Source of the DNA: the human T2T-CHM13v2.0 reference genome, Homo sapiens
NCBI RefSeq assembly: GCF_009914755.1
Contig: NC_060932.1
Length of the DNA stretch: 64,000 bases
Strand: one strand, 5' to 3'
A program made the translations under genes and the position numbers. Of this stretch, positions 40,680 through 54,897 are shown piece by piece (positions within the stretch are counted from its first letter, which is position 1; every line of letters starts with the position of its first letter). The notes under the pieces are model-generated. The model did no database searches and had not been told where the DNA came from. It was given only the letters and a program-made list of their open reading frames with translations.

Positions 40680-41070
40680 TTTAGTTACAATGTTTTCGTC
40701 TGCAAGTACCCAAATAAGCGACTAACAGCAATTTAATTTAAGCAATAAAATCATTTAATTATCTCACATACCAAGAAGCCGGGAGGTAGATGGCCCCAAG
40801 TTAGGTTGCCACAAACAACCCTGGTTCATTTGCTTTGCATGTTGAGTTTCAATCTCACCGTTACTGCCTCCTAGTGGCGGATACGGCGGCAATAGTGGCG
40901 CACATTCAAGGCAGGAAGCAAGAGGAACAGAGCCACCAGCAGGTTTGGCCCAGTGGATTGCAAAGTAGAAGCTTTTCCAGAAACAGCCCTTATGCCTCCT
41001 TTGCCATAACTGAGTCACGTGGCCATCCATAGTTAGACGTTTATCTGGGAAAGCAAGTGCCTCCATTGTG
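40680..41070 (-). mobile_element. Old MLT1-family MaLR LTR
   Basis: ...TTAAGCAATAAAATCATTTAATTATCTCACATA... and ...CATAACTGAGTCACGTGGCCA... resemble reversed MLT1J/K. Confidence 0.5.
40861..40880 (-). promoter_or_regulatory. Candidate CTCF site
   Basis: Minus strand reads CCGCCACTAGGAGGCAGTAA, a close match to the CTCF core; local CpGs are retained. Confidence 0.6.
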
Positions 41071-41148
41071 AAGCACTTCAGGGCGGGTTGAGAATGGCAG
41101 TTGGATTAGGCAGCTAGACAAGCCCCCCTCCCCACAACCCCCCCCCCC

Positions 41149-41443
41149 TTTTTTTTTTTTTTGACAGAGTCTTGCTCTGTCACCCAGGCTGGAGTGCAAT
41201 GTCGCCATCTCGACTCACTGCAACCTCCACCTCCGGGTTCAAGCGATTCTCCTGCCTCAGCCTCCTGAGTAGCTGGGATTATAGGCGTGTGCCACCATGC
41301 CTGGCTAATTTTTGCATTTTTTCAGTAGAGATGAGGTTTCACCGTGTTGGCCAGGCTGGTCTTGAACTCCTGACCTCAAGTGATCCGCTCGCCTCAGCCT
41401 CCCAAAGTGCTGGAATTACAGGCATGAGCCACTGCGCCTGGCC
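41149..41443 (-). mobile_element. AluS
   Basis: Full dimer; TSD TAGACAAGCCC; a C-rich tract lies between the TSD and the poly-T. Confidence 0.93.
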
Positions 41444-41819
41444 TTAGACAAGCCCATTTTATTTTATGTCCTGCAATAGGTCTTTAACTTGTGTGTAGTT
41501 AACTTCACCCATGTTTTTCTTTATAATATCTTTTGTGTATAATTAAAAATAAAATTTAGCACCTGTTATGTACTCATAATTAAAAATAAAACTTTTTAAA
41601 GCATAATATGTTCATTTTGTGTTGTTTGCAGGTAATCCTTCCCCATTCCAAGATAAATATTGATGTATATTTTCTTATTTCTCTATTTTCATTAAAAATT
41701 TTGCCCTAAGTAAATAGATTTGTTCATTATGGTCTTGGTTCCCTTTTCAACAATAAAGACTAAGTTTTAGAAGGCCAATTTAAACAGAAGATTAGCTATA
41801 GATACTGAAATATCAAAAA

Positions 41820-42095
41820 TTTTTTTTTTTTTTTTTTGAGACAGGTTCTTGTTCTGTTGCCAATCTTGGCTCACTGCTGCCTCCAACTCCCAGGTTCAAG
41901 CAATTCTCGTGCTTCAGCCTCCTGAACGACTGGGATTACAGACATGTGCCACCACCCGGCTGATTTTTTTTTATTTTTAGTAGAAACACTGGGTTTCATC
42001 ATTTTGGCCAGGCTGGTCTTGAACTCCTGGCCTCAAGTGATGCGCTCGCCTCCCAAAGTGCTGGGATTACAGGCATGAGCCACCACACCCCGCCC
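41820..42095 (-). mobile_element. AluS with small internal deletions
   Basis: Poly-T plus both arms. Confidence 0.9.
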
Positions 42096-42260
42096 ATTTT
42101 ATTCAAAATATTTTGATGTTTATTTATCAACTATAGTCCATCTGGAATTTATTTCCATTTATATTAAGAGGTGGAAATCAAACTTCTGTCACTAAACTCT
42201 TAATTGTACCAACAGCATTTATTAAATAATCCTTAATTTCTCCCAAAATGTGAAACATTG

Positions 42261-42380
42261 GTATGTGTATATATATATGTATACATATACACATGTACGT
42301 ATATATACACGTATATATACGTACGTACGTATATATACACGTATATATACGTACGTACGTATATATACACGTACGTATAT
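42261..42380. repeat. Compound (TA)/(CA)/(TACG) microsatellite with a 30-bp higher-order unit
   Basis: ATATATACACGTATATATACGTACGTACGT at 42301-42330 and 42331-42360. Confidence 0.95.
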
Positions 42381-42405
42381 TTACTGGATGTAAATTTACT
42401 GGATG

Positions 42406-42537
42406 TAAATTTCCAGTTCTAATTTTAAAATCTCTCTCTCTCTCCATATATATATACACATGTATATATACGTATATATACATGTGTATATATATATGGA
42501 GAGAGAGAGAGATTTTAAAATTAGAACTGGAAATTTA
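42406..42537. repeat. Perfect 132-bp palindrome with no spacer
   Basis: Checked base by base: 42406-42471 is the exact reverse complement of 42472-42537. Confidence 0.97.
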
Positions 42538-42618
42538 TGACATTTAGAAACTAGAAAAACCACATGCTTTTTAGTTTATGCAGTTTATTTTATGTCCTGC
42601 AGTAAACCTTGTAGTATT

Positions 42619-42768
42619 GGCTGGTCTTGGTGGCTGATGTCTGTAATCCTAGCACTTTGGGAGGTCAAATGCAGGAGGATTGCTTGAGCCCAGGAGTTCA
42701 AGAACAGCCAGGACAACATCGTGAAAGCATGTCTCAAGTAAAAAAATAAAAATAAATTTTAAAAAAAA
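42619..42768 (+). mobile_element. FLAM/AluJ left monomer
   Basis: Single arm plus A-tail; TSD-like CTTGTAGT/CCTGTAGT. Confidence 0.85.
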
Positions 42769-43888
42769 GCCTGTAGTTTATTCATATAGGTCCACCACAA
42801 ATTTTGTTTGAATTATTCCTAGGTAGTTTGTATTTTTTTTCTACTGTAGTTCCTGATTATTGCTGAAATATGGGGAACTTGTTCATTTATTACACACAGA
42901 GATATCTTTCTTAGCTCTTATTAGTTGTCCTAGTTTCTTAATTGATTCAGTTAGACTTTCCAAGTAGACAATTATATCACCTACTTAATGATAATTTGGT
43001 CTTTTTCTTTCTAGTAAAGTAAACCTGATTTATTTTACCTGTTTAGTTTACCTGTTTAGTTTCATTGTATTAGAATACAATGGCAAAGAGTAGAAGTATC
43101 AGAGATACACTTTATATTGTGTCTGAATATTATGGATATTTTTATAATGTGTTATTAAGTTGATGATTGGTGTCTGATATTATAAAGTACAGATTTATCT
43201 CAGGTTACTGAGAACTTTGATTATAAATAGATGTTGAATTGTATCAAATATATTGTTAGCACTTATTAGGGTGATTATAGACTTTTCCTCATCTTTCTAT
43301 TATTGTTATTAATTAATATATTTACTAATAATGACATATTTTTGAATTTCTATAGTAAACCCAACATGGTCATTTAATCATTTATGCATCCATTACAAAT
43401 TTATCAGACACTCACCTTACCAGGGACACCATGGTAAATGACACCAAGTCCACACCCCTGAGAAATTTATACTCCAGGGAAAAGATGATGATTGATTTGC
43501 AATTTTCTCATGTTAATTCTGTCTTTGCAGGTGTGTTGTGTATTTACTCACCTGACATCCATCATTTATTCTCACCTCCTCTTCTGTGCCTTTCTGTCCT
43601 GGAGATTTACTTCTTTGGTGTTCTGTGGATCATTTTAGAAGGCCCTGCTTGAAGTTTGCCTCTCCAACTCTTCCAACAATTTTACAAACTCCACACCCCC
43701 TTTTTTAAATCTCTTTTTCTATGATGTTTGGAAGATTTTCTATTTCTTATGCCAATCTCCAACTAGCACATCAGATTTTGGTATCAGGGTTATATAAGCT
43801 CTGTAAAAATAATTTCTATGATTTTTTAAATATACAAGTTTAGTTTAAATAGCATAGGATCTATATTTTCTTTAAATTAACAGAACTT

Positions 43889-44035
43889 GGCCAGGCACAG
43901 TGGCTCACACCTGTAATCCTAGCACTTTGGGAAGCCGAGATGGGAGGATCACTTGAGACCAAGAGTTCGAGACCAGCCTGGTCAACATAGCAAGAACCCC
44001 CCGCCCCCCCCGCCCCATTCTCTATTAAAAAAAAA
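43889..44035 (+). mobile_element. FLAM_C-like monomer with a C-rich expansion
   Basis: Single arm; TSD AAATTAACA(G/A)AACTT. Confidence 0.85.
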
Positions 44036-44291
44036 TTAACAAAACTTTCCCATAAAGGCTTTGATAAATTATCTAATTTATTTGATGGTTAATGATTTAT
44101 TCAGGTTTTCTATCACTTACTGAGTATATTTGGATAATTTTTATTCTCATATAAAATAATCTATATCATTAATATTTTTAAATACATTACCATAGAGCTG
44201 TACCTTGTATTCTGCTATAACTTTAATTTTCTGTATCTGAAACAATTTTTTCCCATTGCCAGAGTTGAATATTTTCATTTTGCATCCTGTT

Positions 44292-44484
44292 TTATTTATT
44301 TATTTTTAATACTTTAAGTTGTGGGTTATATGTGCAAAACGTGCAGTTTTGTTACATAGGTATACATGTGCCATGGTGGTTTGCTGCACCCATCAACCCA
44401 CCACCTACATTAGGTGTTTCTCCTAACGTTATCCCTCCCCTAGCCACCCACCCCCCGATGGACTTGGAACCAACCTAAATGTCC
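44292..44484 (-). mobile_element. L1PA 3' end with a short 5' inverted piece
   Basis: Antisense 3' UTR 44292-44460, then sense GACTTGGAACCAACCTAAATGTCC; TSD TCCTGTTTTATTT. Confidence 0.85.
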
Positions 44485-46058
44485 TGTTTTATTTTTATTC
44501 CTCCAGACTTTTCTAATTTATACTCCCATCAACAGGGCACCAGAAACTTGGTATTATCTGACTTTGTAATTTTGGCAAATCTGATGGGTATAAAGATATA
44601 TCTTGCTGTTGTTTTAATGTGCATTTCTTTGCTTGCTGGTGAAGTTGAGCATCTCTTCAAACGTTTTTTAACCATTTGGATCCCCCACCAATTAACCACT
44701 TATTGATAGCATTTTTCCACTGGATTTTCAGCCTTGGAGATGGTTGTTGCTGCTGCTTCTGCTACTGTTGATGTTGATGATTGGCAGAAGGATTTTATAT
44801 GTTTAGATGTTAATTGTCAGTTTTAGATGTTACAGATATTATCTCTTAATCTGTCATTTGTCTATAACTTGGTCAGTGTTGTCCTCTGCTGATTAGCAAT
44901 GCTTTATTTTTATCTGGTCAATTCCGTCCACTTTTGTGCTTTGGAGTCCTACTTAAGAAGTCTTTCTACACCTCAAAATTACACAAAAAAATCCAACACT
45001 TCTAATTTCATCTTTTACATCCACATGTTTAATCCCATGCATATGAGATTAACTTGTGACATTGTCTAAAATAGTGGTCCAGATTCTGTTTTCTCCATTA
45101 AATGAGCTATAACTGAACTATTATACCACCAAATGCCTTGTAGCATGGCAAGAAAGAAAATTGTCCCAAATATGGTCTGGGACACAATTTTCTTTATGTA
45201 TGTGATATAATTTATAATTCCTTCTGGGAAATAATTAGCATCCTTGTGTGATTTTTTGGTAGACTTTATTGAGCTCAAGAGCATCTTCTGAGAAGCTATC
45301 AGTCTTGAGAAGAGTCTGATAACATTAACTGGCACTGCCTTATTGTATTTTTCTACAACCTCTTCTTCAAAGAAAAAAATCTGCAATGGCTGGCTCAGGA
45401 CCTTCTTTCCCCAGGGCAAATCTGAAATAAAGCTTTGACATGAGCCTGTAAGAATTTTTTCAGAAAGGGTACTTTAACAACAGCCTACATAGTCTTCAGC
45501 TCTTCTAGATAGAACTGAAGACTGTATGGATGAACCTTCCCCTCCATCCACTCACGCCTGTAATATGTCTTAGAGAAATTCCTTAAAGTTTATTATATGA
45601 GAATAGCACCTCTGTCTAGTTTCCAGCAATAATGGGCTTTTAAAAATTATATTTCTCAGTATTTGAGAAGTTTCTTGGACATGACATGTGGATATTATCA
45701 TTTTTTACAACAATATCACTGCCTCCATTACAGTTCTGTTTGGTAAAACTTCCCAAGAATTGTTTAGAATCTTTAAGTGTTAATTCCCAGTATTTTTACT
45801 CTCATTGAAATGACAATTTAAGTTGTTTAAAGTGTTATTTTCCCAGTAGTTCTACAATGGTTCATAAATGATCTCTTTCTTTAAACTGCCAATTCTCTTT
45901 CTATGTCTAAGGACTTTACATATTCAGTGCTCTTCCTACAGAGGGGAGTGAATTTGAATATTTGGGGTGAGCTACTTAACATCAGCATGCTTCACTGTTT
46001 TCATGTATAAAACATAATGATGATATAGTTTAGAAATTTTTTATTGTTTTTCAGGTAA

Positions 46059-46586
<528 letters not shown>

Positions 46587-47372
46587 TAATGTTAACTGCA
46601 ACAGTGATATTTTATTTAGGGTTCCTCTGCCCTCCTTAGGGTCAATCTCTGTAGCACCCATACCGTGTTTAGGATACATCCCAAACAGATAATATTATGT
46701 GTGTCAGAGTAGGCCCTCACCCTGAGCCTCTCCCTGTGCCCAGTGCACAGCTGGGAGGCACAGGTAGAACTCAGCTCCCCATGCCATCTCCAGGTCCGTC
46801 TGCTCTGAGTTAGGGCATGCTGGTGGAGTGACTCCCACTGGTCCCTGGGTAGCTCCTCATCTGTAGAAAATGCATGAAATGAAGCAAAGGAAACACCTGT
46901 CTAGGCAGACCCTCCCCTTCATTGATTTGTGCCTGTAATATGTCTTGGAGAAATTGCTTGAAGTTTGTGATTTGAGAATGGCACCTTTCTCTAGTTTCCA
47001 GCAATAATGGGCTTTTAGAAATTATATTCTTTTAGAAATTTCAACAGGAATTTCCAGCATGGTCTCAGAGGATTGGAATCTCATATTCAACTCTGTATTC
47101 CCAGCACCTAGTAAAATGTAGTAAGTATAAAGAATACATCTGTGATGAAAAGATGAATTAGTAGGATGGTCACATAATTTATAGTCTAAATCAGGATCCT
47201 TTTGAGAATGAAAGGAGATATTGGCCAGGTGGGTCAACAGAGTAACAGAAGTAAAACAGGACATGTGAAAACATATCCAGAAAACCAGGATATGTGATCA
47301 CCCTATGCATAGGGAAACAGAGAAGAAAGAGAAGTGATGGGGTGAAAGAATGATAGAGAAAAAATATGCCTC

Positions 47373-47809
<437 letters not shown>

Positions 47810-48308
47810 TTAACTGTGATGGGCCAGAGAAAACTGAAATGGGGATGGACCTGCAGTGAAATTCCAAATCAAGGCAAGAAGCCTAGGCCTTTGTACTCTT
47901 GCATCAACTGGTCACAGGATGTGAGCTGACCAGGAGAAGGCAGCTTAACCCTGGGTGAGGCAGCCTCCTTTCATGGAGGTCAGTTCCCTCCTAGGGAGGC
48001 AGCTGCAGACCTTCAACAGCCAACACACCCAGCACCTGGAGCAATGAGTGCTAGGGTCCCAAAGGAGCATTGGGAGGGCCTACTAAAGTATCCACTACAG
48101 TCCACCCCTTGTGCTGCTCAATTACCTCTCTCATGGAGCAAGTTCCCCCCAATTCTGGGATTCAGAATGGTCTCCTTTTCAAGGGAAACATAGAAAGAAG
48201 AGGAATGAGTCAAACGATAGGCCTGCTGCTATGGCTGGTCTCAAGGCAACAACTGACACACATCATCTCCCTCCATTCTAGGCTCCCTCCACCCTCAAAT
48301 AACATTTC

Positions 48309-48583
<275 letters not shown>

Positions 48584-49777
48584 ATTTCTGCAGGTCAGAG
48601 TCGCCCACTTACCTAGTGAGTGACTCAGAATGTCATCCATGAGAAGTTTGAGCCTCTGGAGACCATGCTCTCAGACTGTGGCTGCTGCACTTTTCCAGTT
48701 GCCATCAGAATTGGGCAGGGAGGTACCAAGAAATCACCCCCATTTATCACCTGGGAGCCAATACATTCCTCCTTCTCCATTACATAACAGCAAACCCACG
48801 TGCTCCCAGTGATCAGGGGCAACCATCCAGGTCAGGATGATGACACCTTTATTTGGCTGGTGGTCTCTTAGCACAAGAAGCCTAGAATAGTCTCACAGTA
48901 GCAATAGCTTAAAGTTTAAAGGGATTCTTGCTATGTCTCTTGGTGGAAGTATTTCCTTCTCTAGAAACCAGGACCTCTAGGCCCACCTAGAGTTTCAGAG
49001 AAAAGAAGCTTAAGTTCCTCACAGGGGTCACTGGGAATGAAGACCATGGGGCCACTCCTGCTTCCATGCCATGTTTTCCAGCCCCATGTGTTCTATCTAT
49101 TGGGAACGTAGCACCACATAATGGTCATTGATTAGAGGGCATACTGAGTCCTGGAGGATGGCACCTTAATCACTCTATAAGGCCAGCAGCTCTGGATGGT
49201 GGAATATGCAACAGGGCCAGTGGGTTCCATGCTCAGGCACCCACTGCCATGCCTACTTTATTGGAAAGTAAGTCCCTGGTCAGATGTGATGTTTTGCAGG
49301 ATCCTGTGTTGGTGGATCAATACTCTGTAAACAATCAGAGAGCTGTGCTGGTTTTAGCAGTACAGGCAGGAAAGGCAAATCCATACCCCAATTATGTGTT
49401 CCTTCTAGTCAAGATGAATCACTGGCCATTTTCTACCAAGTGGCAGTTTGGTCTGCTTGAGGGCTGCTGCTGTACTGGAGGCTCAGTGTGGGTGTCTGTT
49501 GCTGGCAGGTGGGACATCCGGCAGTGGCAGTGGCTAGGTCAACCTTCATGAGTGGACACTTATGCTATTGGGCCCATGCATCTCTTCCACAATGGCCACA
49601 CAGTTCATGTACCCATTGTGTAAGCCCTGTGGGGGCTGAATACAGAGGCTGGTTGATGACAACTGGCTGAGTCGTCACATCTGCTTGGTTGTTCAGTCCC
49701 TCTTTCCAGGAAGATTTTCTCAGGTGTGCATTCACGTGTGATCCAGGGATCTTCACCTTTCATACCCACTCCATTAG

Positions 49778-50179
<402 letters not shown>

Positions 50180-53100
50180 TATTCTTCTTTTAAGGACCTC
50201 CTTTTTTCTACACACGAAATGGATGCCCAGGTGCACTGCTCACAGCATTTTCTGTTGAGAGGATTTCTCCTGCCAGTCATTTAGGGCCAATCCTGAGTGG
50301 GGCTGTAAGGAAGCTGCAGTCCATTTTTGGCTTGTACCACATGCCATGCTGATCCATCTGTGAGCCACACCTGGCCTTTTTCCTCCCCAGTCAACTGGTC
50401 ATAAGGAATCACCCAACCTCATGCAGCCAGAGGCATGAGTTCAGGAGAGGCAATGATACAAAAACAGTGGTGAGTTCAGTGGAGGTTTGGAGATTTGGGC
50501 CATTGGCCCATGCAGCTTTCTGATGCTCTGACTTTGTTTGGGCCTCCCTGGATGTACTACTTCCATCTCAAAATATGGTGCTGCGGGTCTCTCCAGATAT
50601 ATGATTTGGTCTAACAGAACCAAGCTCATAACAGGCAGTCTGCCTGAAGGATCACTTCATGTGTCATGGACAGTTGCTTCATCTCTCTAGGGTCTAGAAA
50701 CTTTCTATAAATTGTTTCTCAAACACATAATTCCCTGCTATAGATGGCATTGACCTCACTCCTAAACTCTAAGGGTCTGTATTGTGATTCTTTTATTTGA
50801 GATTCCATAAACATCATGTGGCAACTTTTGACTCCACAGACACCTCTAATTCCATAGGGTCTGTTGGATTATAAAGCCCAATTATCAGCATAGCTTGAAC
50901 CTCAGCCTGGACCTGCTATAGAGCTCTTTCCAGTTCTGGGTACTCCAGAGTTACAGCTGGTGGGAGAGTGGTATTCCCCAGTGTGGAATATGCTGCTTTC
51001 AGACCTTGAGGCCCACCAGGCATTGTGCTTCCTTCTTAGTGGTAGGAGGTGCAAGATGCAATAATCTGTGCTTTACTTTGAAGATGTTCCATTGTGCTCC
51101 AGATCACTGGACCCTTAAAAACTTACCTATTGTGGCAGGTCTCTGAATCTTTGTTGGGTTTATCTCCCACCCTCTAGAACATGTGTCTCATGAAGGCCTT
51201 CAACTCACTTGCCACATCTTGTTCATCTGTCTGATGAATGTGAAGTCCTTAATATAGTTGGCCAATGTGATATTTGCAGGGATGTCTAGATTGTCCAGGT
51301 CTCTTCAGCCTACATATGACAGAGAGTGAGAAACATAACCCTGGAGCACTACTGTTAATGGATATACTGCTTGTCCCATATGAATGTGAATTGTTCCTGA
51401 TCCTCCTTTCTAATGGCAATGGAGAAAAGAGTATTTGCCAGATTAATAGCTACATACTAGGGCTGAGGCTATCTTAAAGTGCTCTAGCAAAGACATTATA
51501 CTCTGTCCAGTGCAGCAGCTGGAACTGGGGCTACTCTTTTAGTGTGTGATTGCCCATATTCATCCCAAAGGGTGTCTGGTTTCTGTAGGAGCTGGGCTGA
51601 TGCAATTATCTAGGGATGCAATGGGGACCACCATCCTTTTATCCTTTAGCTCTTTAAGGATGGCATTACTCTCTCCTCCCAACCCAGGATGTGATCTTTG
51701 TTTAGATTTGCTCTCTTGGCCAGAGGAAATGTGGGACTTCAGAGGCTGCTGTTTGGCTTTTTCCCAAGCATACATACTGCCATACCTCTCCCCCACAGGC
51801 CAGGGAACCAGTGTGGGAGTTCTTCCAGCTCCTAAATATGTCCATTCTCATCAAACATCCAGAGGCAAGGGAGGTGACACCAGATGGATGATGGTGAGCC
51901 ACTGTGAGCCACACCTAGGACAGAACTCCACACATTACCAGGCTCCACACATTACCAGGCCCCTCTTGCTAACAGGGGGTCCATACTGACACCTGGGGCA
52001 CCCAGTCAATGCCAACTTGGAACCTGTGTCCAACAATCCTCCAAATATCTGAATTGTCACCCTTCCCCAGGGAACACTCATGTAAATGGCCATAGATCTT
52101 AGAGGACTTTGGCCGTAATTATACACTTGTCAGAGAGTTGCAGGGTCTCTTCCTCTGAGGACCCTTCCTCTGTTTCAGTCAGTAGGTTCCCTTCCTCAAC
52201 AGGTTCAGTCAGTAGGTCTGAAAATTGGCTCAGGTCTAGAAACTGGACAAGGAGCATGACTTCCATCTGGATGGCTGCTCTCAGCCTCCAATCTCCTCTC
52301 CTTGGTTTCTGTTTATTCTGCAGGTTGAACAGTACCCTTGTTGGCTACTCATCTATCTTGGCCCTAGGGATCCCCACTGTGAATTCAGGGATTTGGAGGC
52401 TGATAAGAGACAGAGATATGACCACTAGGTGATAGTAGCACACAATGAACTTGATTTCAGCAACACTTTGATAGGATTGTGTGCAAAGGGAAGCCCTTCC
52501 CAGAATGAAACCTTCCAGAAACAAGGGGCCATGCAGAAGGAGAAGAAGGCAAAAGAATTCAGGAGGGAAAGGGGAGTGGCAGAGAAGCCTCATGTGTCTA
52601 GGCAATGTCACTCAGGGAGTCCTGATTGGAGAGCTCCCAGTGGCAGCAGTGGCTTAGGGTCTTTTATAACCCCAGGGCTTGTCTTATCTATGGCTAGCAA
52701 ACATTGGATACAGATATTTTGCAAGGTAGGCAAAGGAGACAGCCTGTAAATAGCTAAAAATCTACTTACTGGTTCTCTATTTAAAGCAACAGGATGCTTT
52801 GAATTTAAAAAAATTTGAGTTTGGCAGGCTTTTGAGCTAATGGTCCCAGCCTGGTGCAAAGAAGCAAACAACGTAGGGCCAACCTACAGGGGCCATCTTT
52901 GGCTCCTCTGTATAACATCATGTTCTATTAGCTGTCTCTGTAGCTCTCCCTCATCAAGCCACTGGCTGCCACTCTGATTTAGCTCCTTGGTATAGTAATT
53001 GCCACCACATTGCCTCTAATGGCTAACTGCTTCCACTTGGTATCTGTTGTTTAGGGATCCTATCACCCCCATTGCTATGGAAGCCCAGTCGCCCAACAGC

Positions 53101-53780
53101 ATCTCCTGCCATCTGCCCTGGCCTGCACAGGACAGCCACTCCTGAATTTCTCAATGATGTTGGTGCCCCTCTGCCCAGCTCATTTCTTGTTGCTCTCATG
53201 AACAGAGTGTCCTCTGGGTTCTCCTGAGGAAAACAGTTGGCTGGTGTTTCCCAGCTGTAGGTAGCATTCTCACTTAACTGAAATCTTTGAGCCCTTCTTT
53301 TCTGTCTTTCATGAAAATTCTGATATTTCTAATTCATTTAGTGTCAGCCACTAAGCGACACTAATGGCTGACACTAAGCTTGTATACAAGTTTCTCCAAA
53401 TCATCCTTAGTGTGTTAGCAACATCTCCTAGGATCCCAGAGTCCTGAGGTGCCAGGGTCCTTGCTAAGGTTTAGTAATGCAGCATGTCCCATATCCACAG
53501 GCTCCCTTTACCCAACTTGATGTTCTGCCCCCTCTACATCTGGCATCCTCAGGACCCATCCCCCTACAGTCTCTCCTGGCTCTTGCTAGAACATTTTTGC
53601 AAGTTCCATCAATCCCTTTGGGGAACAGTCCTCTTCCTATCTTAGTGGGTCCTTTGGGGCACAGTCCTCTTCCTCTCTTAGTGGGTCCAGCACTTCCCTG
53701 GCCAGGTAATGTTGGGACCTGACCTTTGTTATTAGTCTGGTGGTCATAACTGGAGGTGGCCTCAGAGCCTGAAAGGGACA

Positions 53781-54130
53781 TGGTATGGTTCGTCTCTGTG
53801 TCCCCACCCAAATCTCATCTTGAATTGTAATCCCATGTGTCAAGGGAGGAACCTTGTGGGAGGTGATTGGATCATGGGGGCCGTTTCTCTCATGCTGTTC
53901 TCATGATAGTTCTCATGAGATATGATGGTTTTATAAGTGTTTGGTAGTTCCTCCTTCCTCTCTCTCCTGATGCCTTGTGAAGAAGGTGCCTGCTTCTTCT
54001 TCAACTTCTGCCATGATTGTAAGTTTCCTGAGGCCTCCCCAGCCATGTGGATCTGTAAGTCAATTAAACATCTTTATAAATTACCCAGTCTCAGGTATTC
54101 TTTATAGCAGTGTGAAAGTGGACCAATACG
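53781..54130 (+). mobile_element. THE1/MST solo LTR (THE1D-like), nested in the ERV
   Basis: TGGTATGGTTCGTCTCTGTGTCCCCACCCAAATCTCATCTTGAATTGTA...ATAAATTACCCAGTCTCAGG. Confidence 0.88.
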
Positions 54131-54515
54131 GGCATGGGTTGTCTTGAAGGGTCTAGAGGCCTGTGCATTATCTTCAAGCCATTGGAAAGTGCTGTCTTCT
54201 AACAGGGAGGAGTGGGCCACTTCTTCAGGCCCAGAATGTTCAAGGGGCTCTGGATATTCAAGACATTCAAGTGAAGACATTGTCATTCCATCTCTCAAGG
54301 TGTCATTTCAGCCAATCAGGGCCCTGGACATCTGGATCTGTCCTGGGCATCTGCAGGATATGAGTGTCTCTTGATTTGCTGCCAGAGGCCCTCTGGCTTC
54401 TGCACTTAGCCTTTAGCTGGTGATGAATTTCCCTCAGGCTTTCATGGTCTTCTCTAAGGCCTCTTTTGCCCTCAGCAACAGTGATCCACTTCTGCAGACC
54501 TTGTAATGGACTCAC

Positions 54516-54897
54516 TGTTATGGACTGAATATTTGTGTCCCACTACCCACTCCTAAATTCATATGTTGAAGCCCTAATTCCCAATGCGATGGTATTTGGA
54601 GATGGGGCTTTGGGGAGATAATGAGGTTTACAGGGAATCATGTGAGTGGAGTCCTCGTGGTAGGATTAGTTTTCTTATAAAAAGAAGCCAGAGAGTGCTT
54701 CTCTCACCACCACTATGTGAGGACACAGCAAGAAGGCAGCCATCTGTAAACCAAAAAAGGAGCCCTCACTAGACACGGACCATGCTGGCACCCTGATCTC
54801 AGACTTCCACCCTCCAGAACCATGAGAAATAATTGTTTGTTGCTTAAACCACCCAGTCTATGGTATTTTGTTATTGCAGCTGAAGCCTGCTAAGACA
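54516..54897 (+). mobile_element. MLT1A-like solo LTR, nested in the ERV
   Basis: TGTTATGGACTGAAT...AAATTCATATGTTGAAGCCCTAA...CCACCCAGTCTATGGTATTTTGTTAT...CTAAGACA. Confidence 0.85.

Larger units (their letters stand above)
39900..45120 (-). mobile_element. Patchwork of ancient L1M fragments interrupted by younger elements
   Basis: T-rich antisense L1 motifs, e.g. GGACATTTAAGTTG...CACTATTATAAACAATACTATGATGAACATC and GTTTTAATGTGCATTTCTTTG...GAAGTTGAGCATCT. Confidence 0.6.

Noticed and set aside
42178-42547. Tyr/Ile-rich mirror-image ORFs on both strands
   Set aside because: Artefact of the microsatellite and palindrome.
45066-45960. Possible processed pseudogene or dead exon (117-aa ORF; acceptor-like CTGTAG on the minus strand)
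   Set aside because: No recognisable protein similarity, stops in frame, no poly-A or TSD; it would need tBLASTx support.
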